64,000 nt of DNA from IMG/VR virus record IMGVR_UViG_3300037470_000577, positions 15,291 to 79,290 of that record; one strand, 5' to 3'. Under the pieces are notes generated by a model. The model had not been told where the DNA came from and made no database searches. It saw nothing but the letters and a program-made list of their open reading frames with translations. This document shows, piece after piece, positions 18,730-28,072 of this stretch. The position numbers and the translations under genes are program-made. The number at the start of each line of letters is the position of its first letter. The first letter of the stretch is position 1. Origin of the DNA: a virus (Duplodnaviria > Caudoviricetes).

Positions 18730-19165
18730 GGAAATTGTATTGGTCGAATTTTACAAACGGAGACCGTTCAGCGCATTGGTGCTGACCGATCAGGGCGACA
18801 TTGTTGACTACGATATTGATTACAGCCGCCTTGATGGAGAGTTCTATTACGATTGGGCAGGGGGGTGTTCCGAGCCAGCCAAGCGTACATTCTATGACGG
18901 CGAAACCTATTGGTTAAACCCCAGGCACGAGGATAAGGTGGTTGTCACTGGCGGTCGGCGGATAAAGAGTAGTAAGTATGCCGTTCTTCCTGAGGAATAC
19001 GGTTGGGAGGACGATGTAATATGGTGTGAAATTTGCATGGATGTTAGGTCTATGGGAGATATAGGTCAGCCCTGTGATCATATTACGTGGTGTAACGAGT
19101 GCGGAGATTACAAAACGCAAAACGAGGACAACTATTGCGATCACGATTTATCGGAACAGTGGTAA
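18722..19165 (+). CDS. hypothetical protein
   Basis: coupled; C-terminal CxxC pairs. Confidence 0.6.
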   Translation: MSEEIVLVEFYKRRPFSALVLTDQGDIVDYDIDYSRLDGEFYYDWAGGCSEPAKRTFYDGETYWLNPRHEDKVVVTGGRRIKSSKYAVLPEEYGWEDDVIWCEICMDVRSMGDIGQPCDHITWCNECGDYKTQNEDNYCDHDLSEQW

Positions 19166-19180
19166 TGGAGAAAGGAGAAT

Positions 19181-19741
19181 GTGATGAGTAAGGAACTGAT
19201 TGAGTGGGCAATGCAGCCCACCGAATATCACCCAGGATTAATTAATGACGGCGACAGGGCAATTGTTGTCGCCAATAAGCAGAGGGACATTAACTACCGC
19301 TTTCTCGACGCTGGACCTTTGAACAAGGAGTTTATCGTATTGCGTATTGACCCTGTTGTTGAGGCGATTGACTTGTCGGTTATCTTTGGTTTGTACGAAT
19401 ACGACGAGGGATTGTGGGCCACGAAAGTAGGAGGTCCCTGGAGCGATTCGCCTGATTGGGTTATTGTCCGAGGCGGCCATATAGACACTCAGGCGGATTG
19501 GATTCGCACTATCCAAAAGCAGTGTGCTGCCGCCGCTACACCCTTTTACTTTGCTGGGTGGGGCGAATGGTGTCCAGCGCGACCGTCCTTCCTTATGCAG
19601 AACGGCGAAACGATTACTGCCGCCGAATACGCCCGTATGGGACACCATATCTATCCAGGCCGCGCTTCGTTCCGGGTTGGAGCAGAACGGGCCGGTTGTC
19701 TGTTAGATGGTACGGAATATAAGGAGTTACCCAATGAGTAA
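19181..19741 (+). CDS. DUF5131 (Gp37/Gp68)-like C-terminal-half protein
   Basis: WVIV.GG, WIR.I..QC.AA..PFYF..WGEW and VG...AG.LLDG..Y.E.P match the C-half of 49397-50374; lacks the N-terminal three-Cys motif. Confidence 0.7.
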   Translation: MMSKELIEWAMQPTEYHPGLINDGDRAIVVANKQRDINYRFLDAGPLNKEFIVLRIDPVVEAIDLSVIFGLYEYDEGLWATKVGGPWSDSPDWVIVRGGHIDTQADWIRTIQKQCAAAATPFYFAGWGEWCPARPSFLMQNGETITAAEYARMGHHIYPGRASFRVGAERAGCLLDGTEYKELPNE

Positions 19742-19994
19742 CGGGCCAAGAGACTTTGAATACATCTCGCTTGATGATTACATCGAACTTTACAGAGATG
19801 AACGTAGCGACGAGGAACTTCTGGAACTACGAAGCGACCTAGCTCATTACCGCCAGTTGCACTTCGCTGGAACCAAGTGTGATGTTTGCGATGGAGAGAT
19901 ATGGATTATTGGCAGTGCGGCTTGCGGGTGGCCGGGTTGCTTCCCCTGTATTGCGGGAGAGGCCGATGCCTCGGAGGACTATGAAATCTTGTGA
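19734..19994 (+). CDS. hypothetical protein (CDVC...CFPC)
   Basis: AAGGAG SD before ATG 19734. Confidence 0.6.
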   Translation: MSNGPRDFEYISLDDYIELYRDERSDEELLELRSDLAHYRQLHFAGTKCDVCDGEIWIIGSAACGWPGCFPCIAGEADASEDYEIL

Positions 19995-20485
19995 AACAAC
20001 TAACCTGGTTTGATACTTCATCCCGCGCCGGGCAAGACGCTATCTGTTCCTGGTGCGATTACCCTATCGAGGACACACCGGTTCGCATGACCAACGGCGA
20101 GTTGGAACTGCGCTTCCATAGCGAGTGTCTGACCGAAGCGTCCTATATCTTCATCGACGATTCGCCCCGGCGCGGGGCCATACTACCTTATCGACGTTCG
20201 CACAATCCCCACATCGCAGGACTTATGCCGTTTCGCTGGCAGGACAGCCGGGTTTACTCTATGGCGATACGGCAGTATCTTGACCATAGAACCATCCACA
20301 CCGACCTGGTTCCTGATGCGCTGGAGGCTGTGATTGCCTATATGAACCACTATATCTTTGCCTCGTGCTGGACTAAGACGCCGAAGCTGTTGAACTTGCG
20401 GCTGCGGGCCGATGCGCTGGCAACGGTAGAGGATATTGACGCCTTTATTAAGGCATGTTTGGAAATTGGGGTAGACCCCTTGTAG
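19991..20485 (+). CDS. hypothetical protein
   Basis: GTGA overlap; ends ..IGVDPL. Confidence 0.6.
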   Translation: MKQLTWFDTSSRAGQDAICSWCDYPIEDTPVRMTNGELELRFHSECLTEASYIFIDDSPRRGAILPYRRSHNPHIAGLMPFRWQDSRVYSMAIRQYLDHRTIHTDLVPDALEAVIAYMNHYIFASCWTKTPKLLNLRLRADALATVEDIDAFIKACLEIGVDPL

Positions 20486-20493
20486 GGGAGGAG

Positions 20494-20549
20494 TGATACA
20501 ATCTTATTACTATTAAAAAATAATTATCTTTAAGGGATAATTATTTTTT
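20494..20549 (+). promoter_or_regulatory. extended -10 (TGATACAAT) followed by 14-bp-arm palindrome with centre TTTAAGG
   Basis: aaaaaataattatc (20515-28) / gataattatttttt (20536-49), directly before the SD of 20566. Confidence 0.7.
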
Positions 20550-20565
20550 TAACTGGAGAAGAATC

Positions 20566-21387
20566 ATGATCCACGTTTGCTCCTTTTCAACTGGACTTTC
20601 ATCGGGCCTAATGACAGAGAGAGTTCTAGGGAAGCATGGAGCCGATTCTACAAGGGTTGTTTTCATGGATACCACGATAGAGCATGAGGATAACTACCGC
20701 TTCTTGAATGATATGGAACGGCGCTGGCAAGATGTTTATGGGTTGGGGGGGATAGAGATTCTGCGTGAGGGTCGTTCGCCTTACGAGGTGGCTGATGACC
20801 ACCACATTGTCGCCAACCAGCGAACGGCTCCATGCACCAAGGAGTTGAAGATTTGGCCGTTTATGGAATGGTTGAAACGACAATCTTTCCAGCCCGTCAT
20901 TCATATCGGGATAGATTACTCCGAGGTTCATCGCAAGAAAGCAATCTTGCGAAACTACACGAAGGCAGGTTACGAGGTTGACTTCCCCCTTCTTTGGAAA
21001 CCAATTGAGCATCGTTCATACTCTCTTGTTTGCCGGGAAGATTGGGGTATAAAGCCACCAGTGACCTACGCAATGGGGTTCTCTCATGCCAATTGTTTGG
21101 GGCAGGATGAGCAGGGCAGGGGGGGGTGTGTCAAGTTTGGAATAGGGGATAGGGTGCGCCAGTATATCCACATGCCCGACATTGCCCTGGCGACGGCCCA
21201 GTGGGAGTTGAACAGTCCAGGTTATACCAAAGGGGGATACACTATGCTGCGTGACCAGAGCGGGGGCAAGGTTTCGGCCAGAACATTGCAAAGCGTTATT
21301 GATGAGTACGACGGCAATCCACCCAGTCTATTTGACACTGCCTGTATTCAGTGCGGGATTGGCGATTTTATAGGAGAAGAAGAATGA
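20566..21387 (+). CDS. PAPS reductase-like / adenine-nucleotide alpha-hydrolase family protein
   Basis: SFSTGLSS PP-loop, FMDT..E..D.YRF, C...LK, FSHANC...GGCVK. Confidence 0.8.
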   Translation: MIHVCSFSTGLSSGLMTERVLGKHGADSTRVVFMDTTIEHEDNYRFLNDMERRWQDVYGLGGIEILREGRSPYEVADDHHIVANQRTAPCTKELKIWPFMEWLKRQSFQPVIHIGIDYSEVHRKKAILRNYTKAGYEVDFPLLWKPIEHRSYSLVCREDWGIKPPVTYAMGFSHANCLGQDEQGRGGCVKFGIGDRVRQYIHMPDIALATAQWELNSPGYTKGGYTMLRDQSGGKVSARTLQSVIDEYDGNPPSLFDTACIQCGIGDFIGEEE

Positions 21388-21884
21388 TTCAAATTTTAGG
21401 CAGTATCTTAACCCTCTGTTCTTTCGTGTCTGGCCCCATTGACAACTGCGTTCCTGATCCACCGGAGGATTGGCGAGATGCCAGGCTGGTGGTGACGGTT
21501 TATGACCCGCTCCACAACCCCTATCTGCCCGACGAGGATAACGTTAACTGCGATGATGACTGTTCTAGCCTGGCCCTGACTGCAATGGACGAGGCATTGT
21601 ACGGTCATGCCGCTTCATGCCCATGGCCTGCCTGGGATTTCGGCTACGTCAACACCATTGTCGTGGCCCATCCCGCTATTGGCGAACGGGTCTGTCTTGA
21701 CACGGGCGGGGCCATTAACTGCGAGTACGGGCTGTTTGGCGGGGAATGGCAGTGGATATGCCGGTTGGACATTCTTGAAGATTTAAGCGGCGGCGTTCAC
21801 CCGGCTAATGGCTGGCTGTTAGATGGCTGGAATTGGTGGTGGGTTGGAACGCAGGGCGCGATAAGAAATTTAGTAGGAGAGTAA
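21384..21884 (+). CDS. exported Cys-rich protein with 3D/RlpA-like (double-psi barrel) features
   Basis: hydrophobic N-terminus; VTVYD, ASC and CLDTGGAI recall 3D-domain motifs. Confidence 0.5.
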   Translation: MIQILGSILTLCSFVSGPIDNCVPDPPEDWRDARLVVTVYDPLHNPYLPDEDNVNCDDDCSSLALTAMDEALYGHAASCPWPAWDFGYVNTIVVAHPAIGERVCLDTGGAINCEYGLFGGEWQWICRLDILEDLSGGVHPANGWLLDGWNWWWVGTQGAIRNLVGE

Positions 21885-21885
21885 A

Positions 21886-22035
21886 ATGTTTACATTAACC
21901 ATTGAAGAACTGGAGGGAGAATCGATTTCGGATTTGACGAATGCCCTTGAGAGAATTATAGAACTGTTGAATACGGGCTATGTGGCAGCCTACGAACCAT
22001 CATTTCAATTATCTGGAGATGAGGAGGAGGAGTAA
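21886..22035 (+). CDS. small acidic protein (49 aa, MFTLTIEE...)
   Basis: read manually; AGGAG SD. Confidence 0.55.
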   Translation: MFTLTIEELEGESISDLTNALERIIELLNTGYVAAYEPSFQLSGDEEEE

Positions 22036-22036
22036 A

Positions 22037-22381
22037 ATGTTTACATTAGAAGAATTAGAGACCGAAGTGCGGCGATTGGCAGAAGAGAACCCGGAGTTTG
22101 CGTATGAGAGAATTGCCTCCTCGTGCTACTACACAAAAGGCGGCGACCAAAATAGTCCGGGCTGCATTATGGGCCGGGCGTTGACGAAGTTAGACCCTGA
22201 CATTGTGCCATTCTTGCGGATGATAGACGCTTCACCCATTAACATCGACGGCGTATTGGATAAGTTGGGCCTTACCGTCAGCAGCTATTGGTTCAGTCGC
22301 GTCCAATACAAGCAGGACAGTGGCACTCCCTGGGCAGAGTGCGTGGCCTACGCTGATGCCAAGCGGGAAGAGGCAGCCTAG
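22037..22381 (+). CDS. hypothetical protein (MFTLEELE...), last gene of the early arm
   Basis: GGAGG SD; convergent 4-bp stop overlap with 22378. Confidence 0.65.
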   Translation: MFTLEELETEVRRLAEENPEFAYERIASSCYYTKGGDQNSPGCIMGRALTKLDPDIVPFLRMIDASPINIDGVLDKLGLTVSSYWFSRVQYKQDSGTPWAECVAYADAKREEAA

Positions 22382-22893
22382 CTCATTGCCGCGCCGCCAC
22401 GAATGCCGTACCAGACCGTCCCACCGTCGTTGGTGATGAAGGTAACGACATCTAAACCAGCGGCAGTCCAGGAAGGTTCTGAGCCGCCAGGCCAGACCAC
22501 ACCGGAAAACCAGTTGATGGTCTGACTTCCACCGTTCGTCAAATATATTCTAAATTGGTGTTCTGTACCGGCAGGCAAAATATTGTCCAGCGTATAGGTT
22601 ACGGCCGAAGTCGAGACGGTAATGTTGACCGAGTTGCCAAGCGCCAGGTCAATCAACTGCGCTCCGCCGCCATGATCGCCTATGTCATTAACCTTATGCA
22701 GCCCGCCGCCCATCAGAAACTCCCAGGTTGGGGTAATGGCTGTCAGCCGCCAGTAAGAGCCATTATCTACCTGATGGGCCACCTTACCCAGGTCGGCAAC
22801 GGCAACGCCAGTGTCGGCTTCCCGCTCGGCTGTGTCGGTATAAGACCAATTTTCAACTATGTGATTGGCGGTTAGCGCCGAGTGTCTGCTCAT
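22378..22893 (-). CDS. tail fibre/baseplate-associated protein
   Basis: C-terminal TINWFSGVVWPGGSEPSWTAAGLDVVTFITNDGGTVWYG is typical of phage tail-distal proteins. Confidence 0.6.
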   Translation of the reverse strand: MSRHSALTANHIVENWSYTDTAEREADTGVAVADLGKVAHQVDNGSYWRLTAITPTWEFLMGGGLHKVNDIGDHGGGAQLIDLALGNSVNITVSTSAVTYTLDNILPAGTEHQFRIYLTNGGSQTINWFSGVVWPGGSEPSWTAAGLDVVTFITNDGGTVWYGIRGGAAMS

Positions 22894-22894
22894 A

Positions 22895-23821
22895 TCATCC
22901 TTCCATTACCAGCGTCCAGTTCGATTCGTCCACCACAATTGTACCACCGGTCTCGTCAATGACAGGTTTTTCGGGGGTGAAGGCGCTGGTCGTCAGCGCG
23001 AATAGTATCTGGCCTGCCGATTCGGGTACTTGCGTGCCCGAACCGGAGCTAAGGAATGGCCTGGCGTCCACATAATCATCCACCATCGAGAGTGTGGTCT
23101 GTCCATTAGCCAGTGTGAAAAAGGCGGAGGGGATAGCGTTGGCTGGAACGTCTGGTGGAACCGGGTCGCTGGTATCGGCAATCTCGGCCCCGGCCGAAAC
23201 CATAGTGGTTGTCGTTACCTTATCTAAATAGATTAAGATGGCGTGATGGTTCGAGGGCGTCGCCGGAACATAAGGCGACAAGTCCAGCGTTGTTCCACCA
23301 AAGGTATAAATAGTTTCCCCGTGTAGATAGATAAGTGGTCTGACTGTAATCAACAGGCCGCTTGACGCCTCTGATTTCAGCATGTCGATGGCGGGCTGGT
23401 AAATACGTACAGGGTCTTTTCCCGGCGCACTCTCAGAAGGAACCTGATGGTTTTTGCCGTGAATGCTGACCCGGAAAGAGGCGGGCGAGCCACCTTGATT
23501 TGGGGCTAAGTCGCTGGTGTAGAGGTCGATGATTTCCCAGGGGAAGGGGCGCTGGGGAGCGTAGGCCAGTTGAACCGGAGTCTGGTCTATGAGGGCAAAG
23601 CCTTTGTTGTATGCCGGATAACGGGAACCGGCAATGCCCCAGGTCGATACCCATACGTAGCCTGGTTGGTTGGGAACATCGATACTGCCGTTTAAGGCGT
23701 TGACATAGGCAACGGCAATGACCCGACTGGCGGCAAACGCCTCTTCGCGCTCGCGCTGACGCCTTGCCGCCTCGCGCTGCATGAATTGCAGGTTAACGGG
23801 AATGTTTTTGTTGTCAGCCAC
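22895..23821 (-). CDS. minor tail/baseplate protein
   Basis: position after tail tip gene; beta-rich. Confidence 0.55.
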   Translation of the reverse strand: MADNKNIPVNLQFMQREAARRQREREEAFAASRVIAVAYVNALNGSIDVPNQPGYVWVSTWGIAGSRYPAYNKGFALIDQTPVQLAYAPQRPFPWEIIDLYTSDLAPNQGGSPASFRVSIHGKNHQVPSESAPGKDPVRIYQPAIDMLKSEASSGLLITVRPLIYLHGETIYTFGGTTLDLSPYVPATPSNHHAILIYLDKVTTTTMVSAGAEIADTSDPVPPDVPANAIPSAFFTLANGQTTLSMVDDYVDARPFLSSGSGTQVPESAGQILFALTTSAFTPEKPVIDETGGTIVVDESNWTLVMEG

Positions 23822-26800
23822 TTATTCCTCCAGCCACAACGGAGTAATCACACTGTTACCTAGTGTTATCGTAAAGCCAAAAGCCCAATCTCCTGTCTTA
23901 TCAGTAAAGGTATCCCCGTTGTCAATCGAAACAAAGATGCCGGTCGTTGTCAGGACGTAATATTGCTGATTGTTATAGGGGAAGCCGCCTGCCGCCCGAA
24001 CCATGCCGGACACGCCTGTGGCATTGGCCTGACTCCAACTATCGCCACCATCAGTTGAAAGCCATAGCGTATCATCTTCTCGCCAATGGAAAAGGCGCAT
24101 ACGATTTTCGGTATAACTCTCGATGCCGTGCCGTTTGGCATTTGTGTAAATATCGGACCCTAATTCAGACCAGTTCGAGCCGCCGTCCTCGCTACGATAC
24201 AGCCCTTCGTTCTGCCAAACGGCATAGATAATCTGGCCGGTGCTGTTGTTGTTGTATGGGTAATGAACGACGATACCGCCATCATTACCACCACTACCAA
24301 AATTGCCGATGTCAACCAGGGTCCAGGTTACACCGGAGTCGGTCGTGTAGTAAAAACGACCGTTCCCTTGCTGGCTCTTACAGGCCACGCCCATCACAAC
24401 TTGGTCGCCGACGAGATGAGGTAGGTAATCTGCGCCACCAAGGAACGGGCGTATCTGAGTTGTGTTGACCGAACCGTCAGCAATAACGTTGTAACTCCAT
24501 GACGAGCCACCATCGGTGGTAATGGTACAAAGCAGGGCCATTCTGTCGCCATCGCCGATGTCTCCTTTTTGGTGAATAAAAGCTACCCACCCCTCGCGGT
24601 TGATACTTGCCATAATCTTACGGCCGTTAATATAGTCATTGCCTGGTTTGATAGATGAATACCCAGTCTCTATTTCAGACTTGCTAAGTATCTGTGTCCA
24701 GGTCGGCACAGTCTGGTCTAAGTCAACTGATTTCCAGAAGCCCGTCGTTGATGAGACATAACCTATCTGGAACGGATTCCAGGGGTCCAGCACGAAGTCA
24801 TATAACGTGCCAGTAATACCTCCGGTGATGTCTGACCAGGAAGGCGACGAGGCCGACAGGTCGCGCGTTCTCCCCAACACCCCATCGACTAACACGTAGT
24901 TCGTTCCAAAACCACCACCGGGCGTTGGGATTGGGTTTGGAACATCATCAGGCTCGCCACCGGGATCAATTGGAAAGGACAGACACTCAGTCGAGACGCC
25001 AGTACGAGAGACAACTTCCGGCTCGAAGAAAGCAAAGCAGGTTACGAGACCTTTCTCGACACTGACCTGGATGGTAATGGTATCGGGGATAAGGCGCTGC
25101 CCGCTCCAGACAACGCCAAGATTGTTGTGGTCGTCGTCAATGGCCCACATATCATCACGCGGTTCCAGGTAATCACTGTAGTCGCCCTGGAATAGGACAA
25201 CCACTTCCTCTATCTCCCGGTTCTCTCTCGCCAGAAGCCGCCCGGCCAGTTCATTAGCGTGTTCCTGGGAGCGTAATGTCTGACGTTCCAGGCGAACAAA
25301 CGCTTCACCGCCATATTCGGGAACAGGGCCAGGGGCAATGGCGCAGAAGCCTTCGGCCGTTGGGTTGCCGTCCCCGTCAAATGTGCCATCGAAATAGATG
25401 CCCGACACCGAAGCGAACGCGGCCGGTTTCCAGTGACGCTGCACGAAATTGAGGTTCGCACCCTTATCGGTATCGGTGATGGTCATGGTCGTGTCCAGCG
25501 TTGCCCGTTCAGCGTCGGTTAGTAGATTCAATATTGGTACAAAACGCAAGTTGCCGTTTCTGTCAGTGGCAAGAACACGCCTGACCCGGTTGTACATCGC
25601 CTCGGCCATACCGTACAGCGTTCCCTCCTCGAAGTCAGTGGCGTAATTCAAGTCCATGCCGTCCTGCGCCAGGCCAGCAACATCGGCAATCTGAAATAGG
25701 GTCGAGTGCCTGAGATAGAGATGGGCCAGAGCTTCGCCGATAGACAATTCGTCAGCCGGGAATTCGTACCAGACATCGGGCGCGTCGTCACTGGTTAACG
25801 AGACCGAGAATTGGAACTCGCGGCGCAGGTACTCTTCGACCGACACTATATCCATTGTGGTCGTGTTCACGCCGCGTGATAAGTCGGCAATGGCGCTGGC
25901 CCGATACAGATAGCCAACGGCCAGATGATGGGGAAACACCCACAAGGTTGAGGGATACCGCTGCTCGTCGGCAATGACGGGCGTATTGCGATAGTCGTAA
26001 GGGACGGTTAGCAAATTAACGGTCTCGTCCGTATCTGAGAAGGTGACAGAGCCGTTGGCGCAGTTTACACTACCGGAAGTGGACAGGGTGATGCTGATAA
26101 TGCCGCCCGCTGTCATGGCGCTGCCCGTCACCAGCCCACCGCCCGATGCAACAAAGCCTAAGTTACAGACCGTTCCATCTGGAGCGGGAGCGCCATCAAC
26201 CATAACGCTGGCAGTGAAGGTGAAGTCCACCACGCATAACGGTATGGTAGAATCGGTGAAGGTGTAGCCAATGGACGGGTTGACATATAATTTATTGCCC
26301 GCTACAACCATCTTGGCGAAGTTCCCCAACTCCATATCATTTCCGTAGACGCTCTCCTTCCACAGAACCGAGAAGGCCCGCTTTGGAACGGGCGATAAAT
26401 CTTCCGCCCGAACAATAACCTGGGCAAATGAACCGCCCCGTCCAATGGAACGCACTACCTGATTGACGGTGAAATCGGTGATGGGGTAGGTTGCGTTGCC
26501 GGGTTCCGGGTTATGGGCAAAGACGCAGCGCCAGGTCGAGATGGATTGCCCGTTATCGTCATTAACCGTCAGTTTCAGCCAGTAATATTCCTGGGTTAGC
26601 GACGTTACCTTCACCGACCCCAGGCCCGTACCGGTATCGAAATCAACGGTCACACCGCTGGTTGGGTAGCACGACAGAGCATAGGAGGCTACGGCTGTCC
26701 CGGCCTGGATGGGGTAGGAGTTGGAGGCATTGACGAAAAAGGTCAGCGAGCCGTTGCGAACAAATCCGGCCTTCATCGAGAGCGAGAGAATGGGAATGGG

Positions 26801-27244
26801 CGGTCGGTCTACCGAGGACCAGGGGATGTCCCTGTCTTTGTAGAACGTTTCAGTCACAGGGTCGATGTAGGGATAGACGGCCCACAGTTGGTAGTTATGA
26901 ATGAAGGTCAGGTACAGGTCGTTGATCCAGGGGAAGTTCTGTGCTGCCACTGTCACCGTCCCGGTTACGCCGCTGTCGCCTGAGGTAATGGCCCGAATCC
27001 GAATGATGCCGATGTCATGCGCTCCGGGCGATGTGCCAACCCACAAGGTTTGGGGCGCTTCGATAGCAGCGAAGTGACTGCCTGTTCCGCCGTCAAAGAC
27101 AATCTCTGTCTCAGCATCCTCTATCTCGGCGTCGTTCACCCTTGCCGACCAGAGCGTCAGCGGTTTCAGAAACGAAAGATAGAAGGCTGACAGATGATGG
27201 TCGGCCCGGAGAAAGGCTAAGTCATTGGCGGAGATAACAGTCAT
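23822..27244 (-). CDS. large tail tip/hub protein with C-terminal Asp-box (BNR) beta-propeller
   Basis: 1140 aa after TMP and Dit; TTDGGSSW, TTDSGVTW, SEDGGSNW, STDGGDSW, SIDNGDTF repeats. Confidence 0.75.
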   Translation of the reverse strand: MTVISANDLAFLRADHHLSAFYLSFLKPLTLWSARVNDAEIEDAETEIVFDGGTGSHFAAIEAPQTLWVGTSPGAHDIGIIRIRAITSGDSGVTGTVTVAAQNFPWINDLYLTFIHNYQLWAVYPYIDPVTETFYKDRDIPWSSVDRPPIPILSLSMKAGFVRNGSLTFFVNASNSYPIQAGTAVASYALSCYPTSGVTVDFDTGTGLGSVKVTSLTQEYYWLKLTVNDDNGQSISTWRCVFAHNPEPGNATYPITDFTVNQVVRSIGRGGSFAQVIVRAEDLSPVPKRAFSVLWKESVYGNDMELGNFAKMVVAGNKLYVNPSIGYTFTDSTIPLCVVDFTFTASVMVDGAPAPDGTVCNLGFVASGGGLVTGSAMTAGGIISITLSTSGSVNCANGSVTFSDTDETVNLLTVPYDYRNTPVIADEQRYPSTLWVFPHHLAVGYLYRASAIADLSRGVNTTTMDIVSVEEYLRREFQFSVSLTSDDAPDVWYEFPADELSIGEALAHLYLRHSTLFQIADVAGLAQDGMDLNYATDFEEGTLYGMAEAMYNRVRRVLATDRNGNLRFVPILNLLTDAERATLDTTMTITDTDKGANLNFVQRHWKPAAFASVSGIYFDGTFDGDGNPTAEGFCAIAPGPVPEYGGEAFVRLERQTLRSQEHANELAGRLLARENREIEEVVVLFQGDYSDYLEPRDDMWAIDDDHNNLGVVWSGQRLIPDTITIQVSVEKGLVTCFAFFEPEVVSRTGVSTECLSFPIDPGGEPDDVPNPIPTPGGGFGTNYVLVDGVLGRTRDLSASSPSWSDITGGITGTLYDFVLDPWNPFQIGYVSSTTGFWKSVDLDQTVPTWTQILSKSEIETGYSSIKPGNDYINGRKIMASINREGWVAFIHQKGDIGDGDRMALLCTITTDGGSSWSYNVIADGSVNTTQIRPFLGGADYLPHLVGDQVVMGVACKSQQGNGRFYYTTDSGVTWTLVDIGNFGSGGNDGGIVVHYPYNNNSTGQIIYAVWQNEGLYRSEDGGSNWSELGSDIYTNAKRHGIESYTENRMRLFHWREDDTLWLSTDGGDSWSQANATGVSGMVRAAGGFPYNNQQYYVLTTTGIFVSIDNGDTFTDKTGDWAFGFTITLGNSVITPLWLEE
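25866..25880 (+). repeat. dispersed motif copy 4 (TTCACGCCGCGTGAT) inside tail tip gene
   Basis: 14/15 match to core; encodes LSRGVN on the - strand. Confidence 0.7.
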
Positions 27245-27286
27245 ATTAGAATTAGATTAAGTGTCCCATTATTAAGTATGTGTAAA

Positions 27287-27295
27287 TGTTATAAT
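27287..27295 (+). promoter_or_regulatory. extended -10 promoter TGTTATAAT for the lone + strand gene
   Basis: AT-rich gap 27245-27317, followed by AAGGAG SD. Confidence 0.65.
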
Positions 27296-27317
27296 GTTTA
27301 GCAAAAGGAGAATTAAA

Positions 27318-27653
27318 ATGGAAAACATAACAGTTGTAATTGGTAGTTTTGTTACTCACTCAAACTACTCCAACGATAACACCAGAAAGATAGAGTTCTC
27401 TGGAGAAAGAGTTGGTAGTTACAATTATCGCCATGACCAGAATCGTGGAGTAGATGAAGTGCTTTACAGAACGGGTGACGGGCGCCTGGTCGTTCACAAA
27501 ACAAGCTGGAGCCATTGGCAGGGAGAGGGGACAGATTATTCCCTCGAAGAAGTTCAAGAATCCGACCTGCAAATCGGCGGCGAGTACGAAGCTCTGGGAA
27601 TCGAGTGTGGCTACGGCCGTTCGTTGACATTGGATGAAGCTCTCGCGCGTTAG
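27318..27653 (+). CDS. moron-like hypothetical protein inserted antisense in the tail operon
   Basis: own promoter and SD; stop overlaps the Dit stop. Confidence 0.7.
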   Translation: MENITVVIGSFVTHSNYSNDNTRKIEFSGERVGSYNYRHDQNRGVDEVLYRTGDGRLVVHKTSWSHWQGEGTDYSLEEVQESDLQIGGEYEALGIECGYGRSLTLDEALAR

Positions 27654-28072
27654 AAAACCGGATTCTCATTAACGACCGTGACATTGTTCAACGTCAGCAG
27701 CACGTTCTGGTGCATGTGACTGCCCTCGAAAAGCATAGGGGCTGTAGCGGCAATGTCGGACAGGTCAGGATAGCCGGATATGTCAATCCAGTCGGCGGTG
27801 GGATTGCTGCCATCGAGCCGCTGAACGGTTAGATACAGCAGTCCCAGCCCGGCGTCGTCAACATAACGGCGTAGAGCGGCGGCTTGCGCCCTGGTCATCT
27901 TCTGCCACAAAACCGGGCAGTTGCGATAGCCGTGTCGGGAGACGCCCCCTTCGCCGCGTGACGCCTTCTCGGTATATTCCTTGTAGGTGGCAAGCGATGG
28001 GATACCCATTCCGGCAACGATCATGGGGATAAGGGTTGAATCAGATAGGCCAATTCGCCAGTTATATGACAT
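27650..28072 (-). CDS. putative distal tail (Dit-like) protein
   Basis: 140 aa immediately after tape measure. Confidence 0.55.
   Translation of the reverse strand: MSYNWRIGLSDSTLIPMIVAGMGIPSLATYKEYTEKASRGEGGVSRHGYRNCPVLWQKMTRAQAAALRRYVDDAGLGLLYLTVQRLDGSNPTADWIDISGYPDLSDIAATAPMLFEGSHMHQNVLLTLNNVTVVNENPVF

Noticed and set aside
22378-27244. Diversity-generating retroelement acting on tail genes
   Set aside because: No reverse transcriptase and no adenine-varied TR/VR pair seen.
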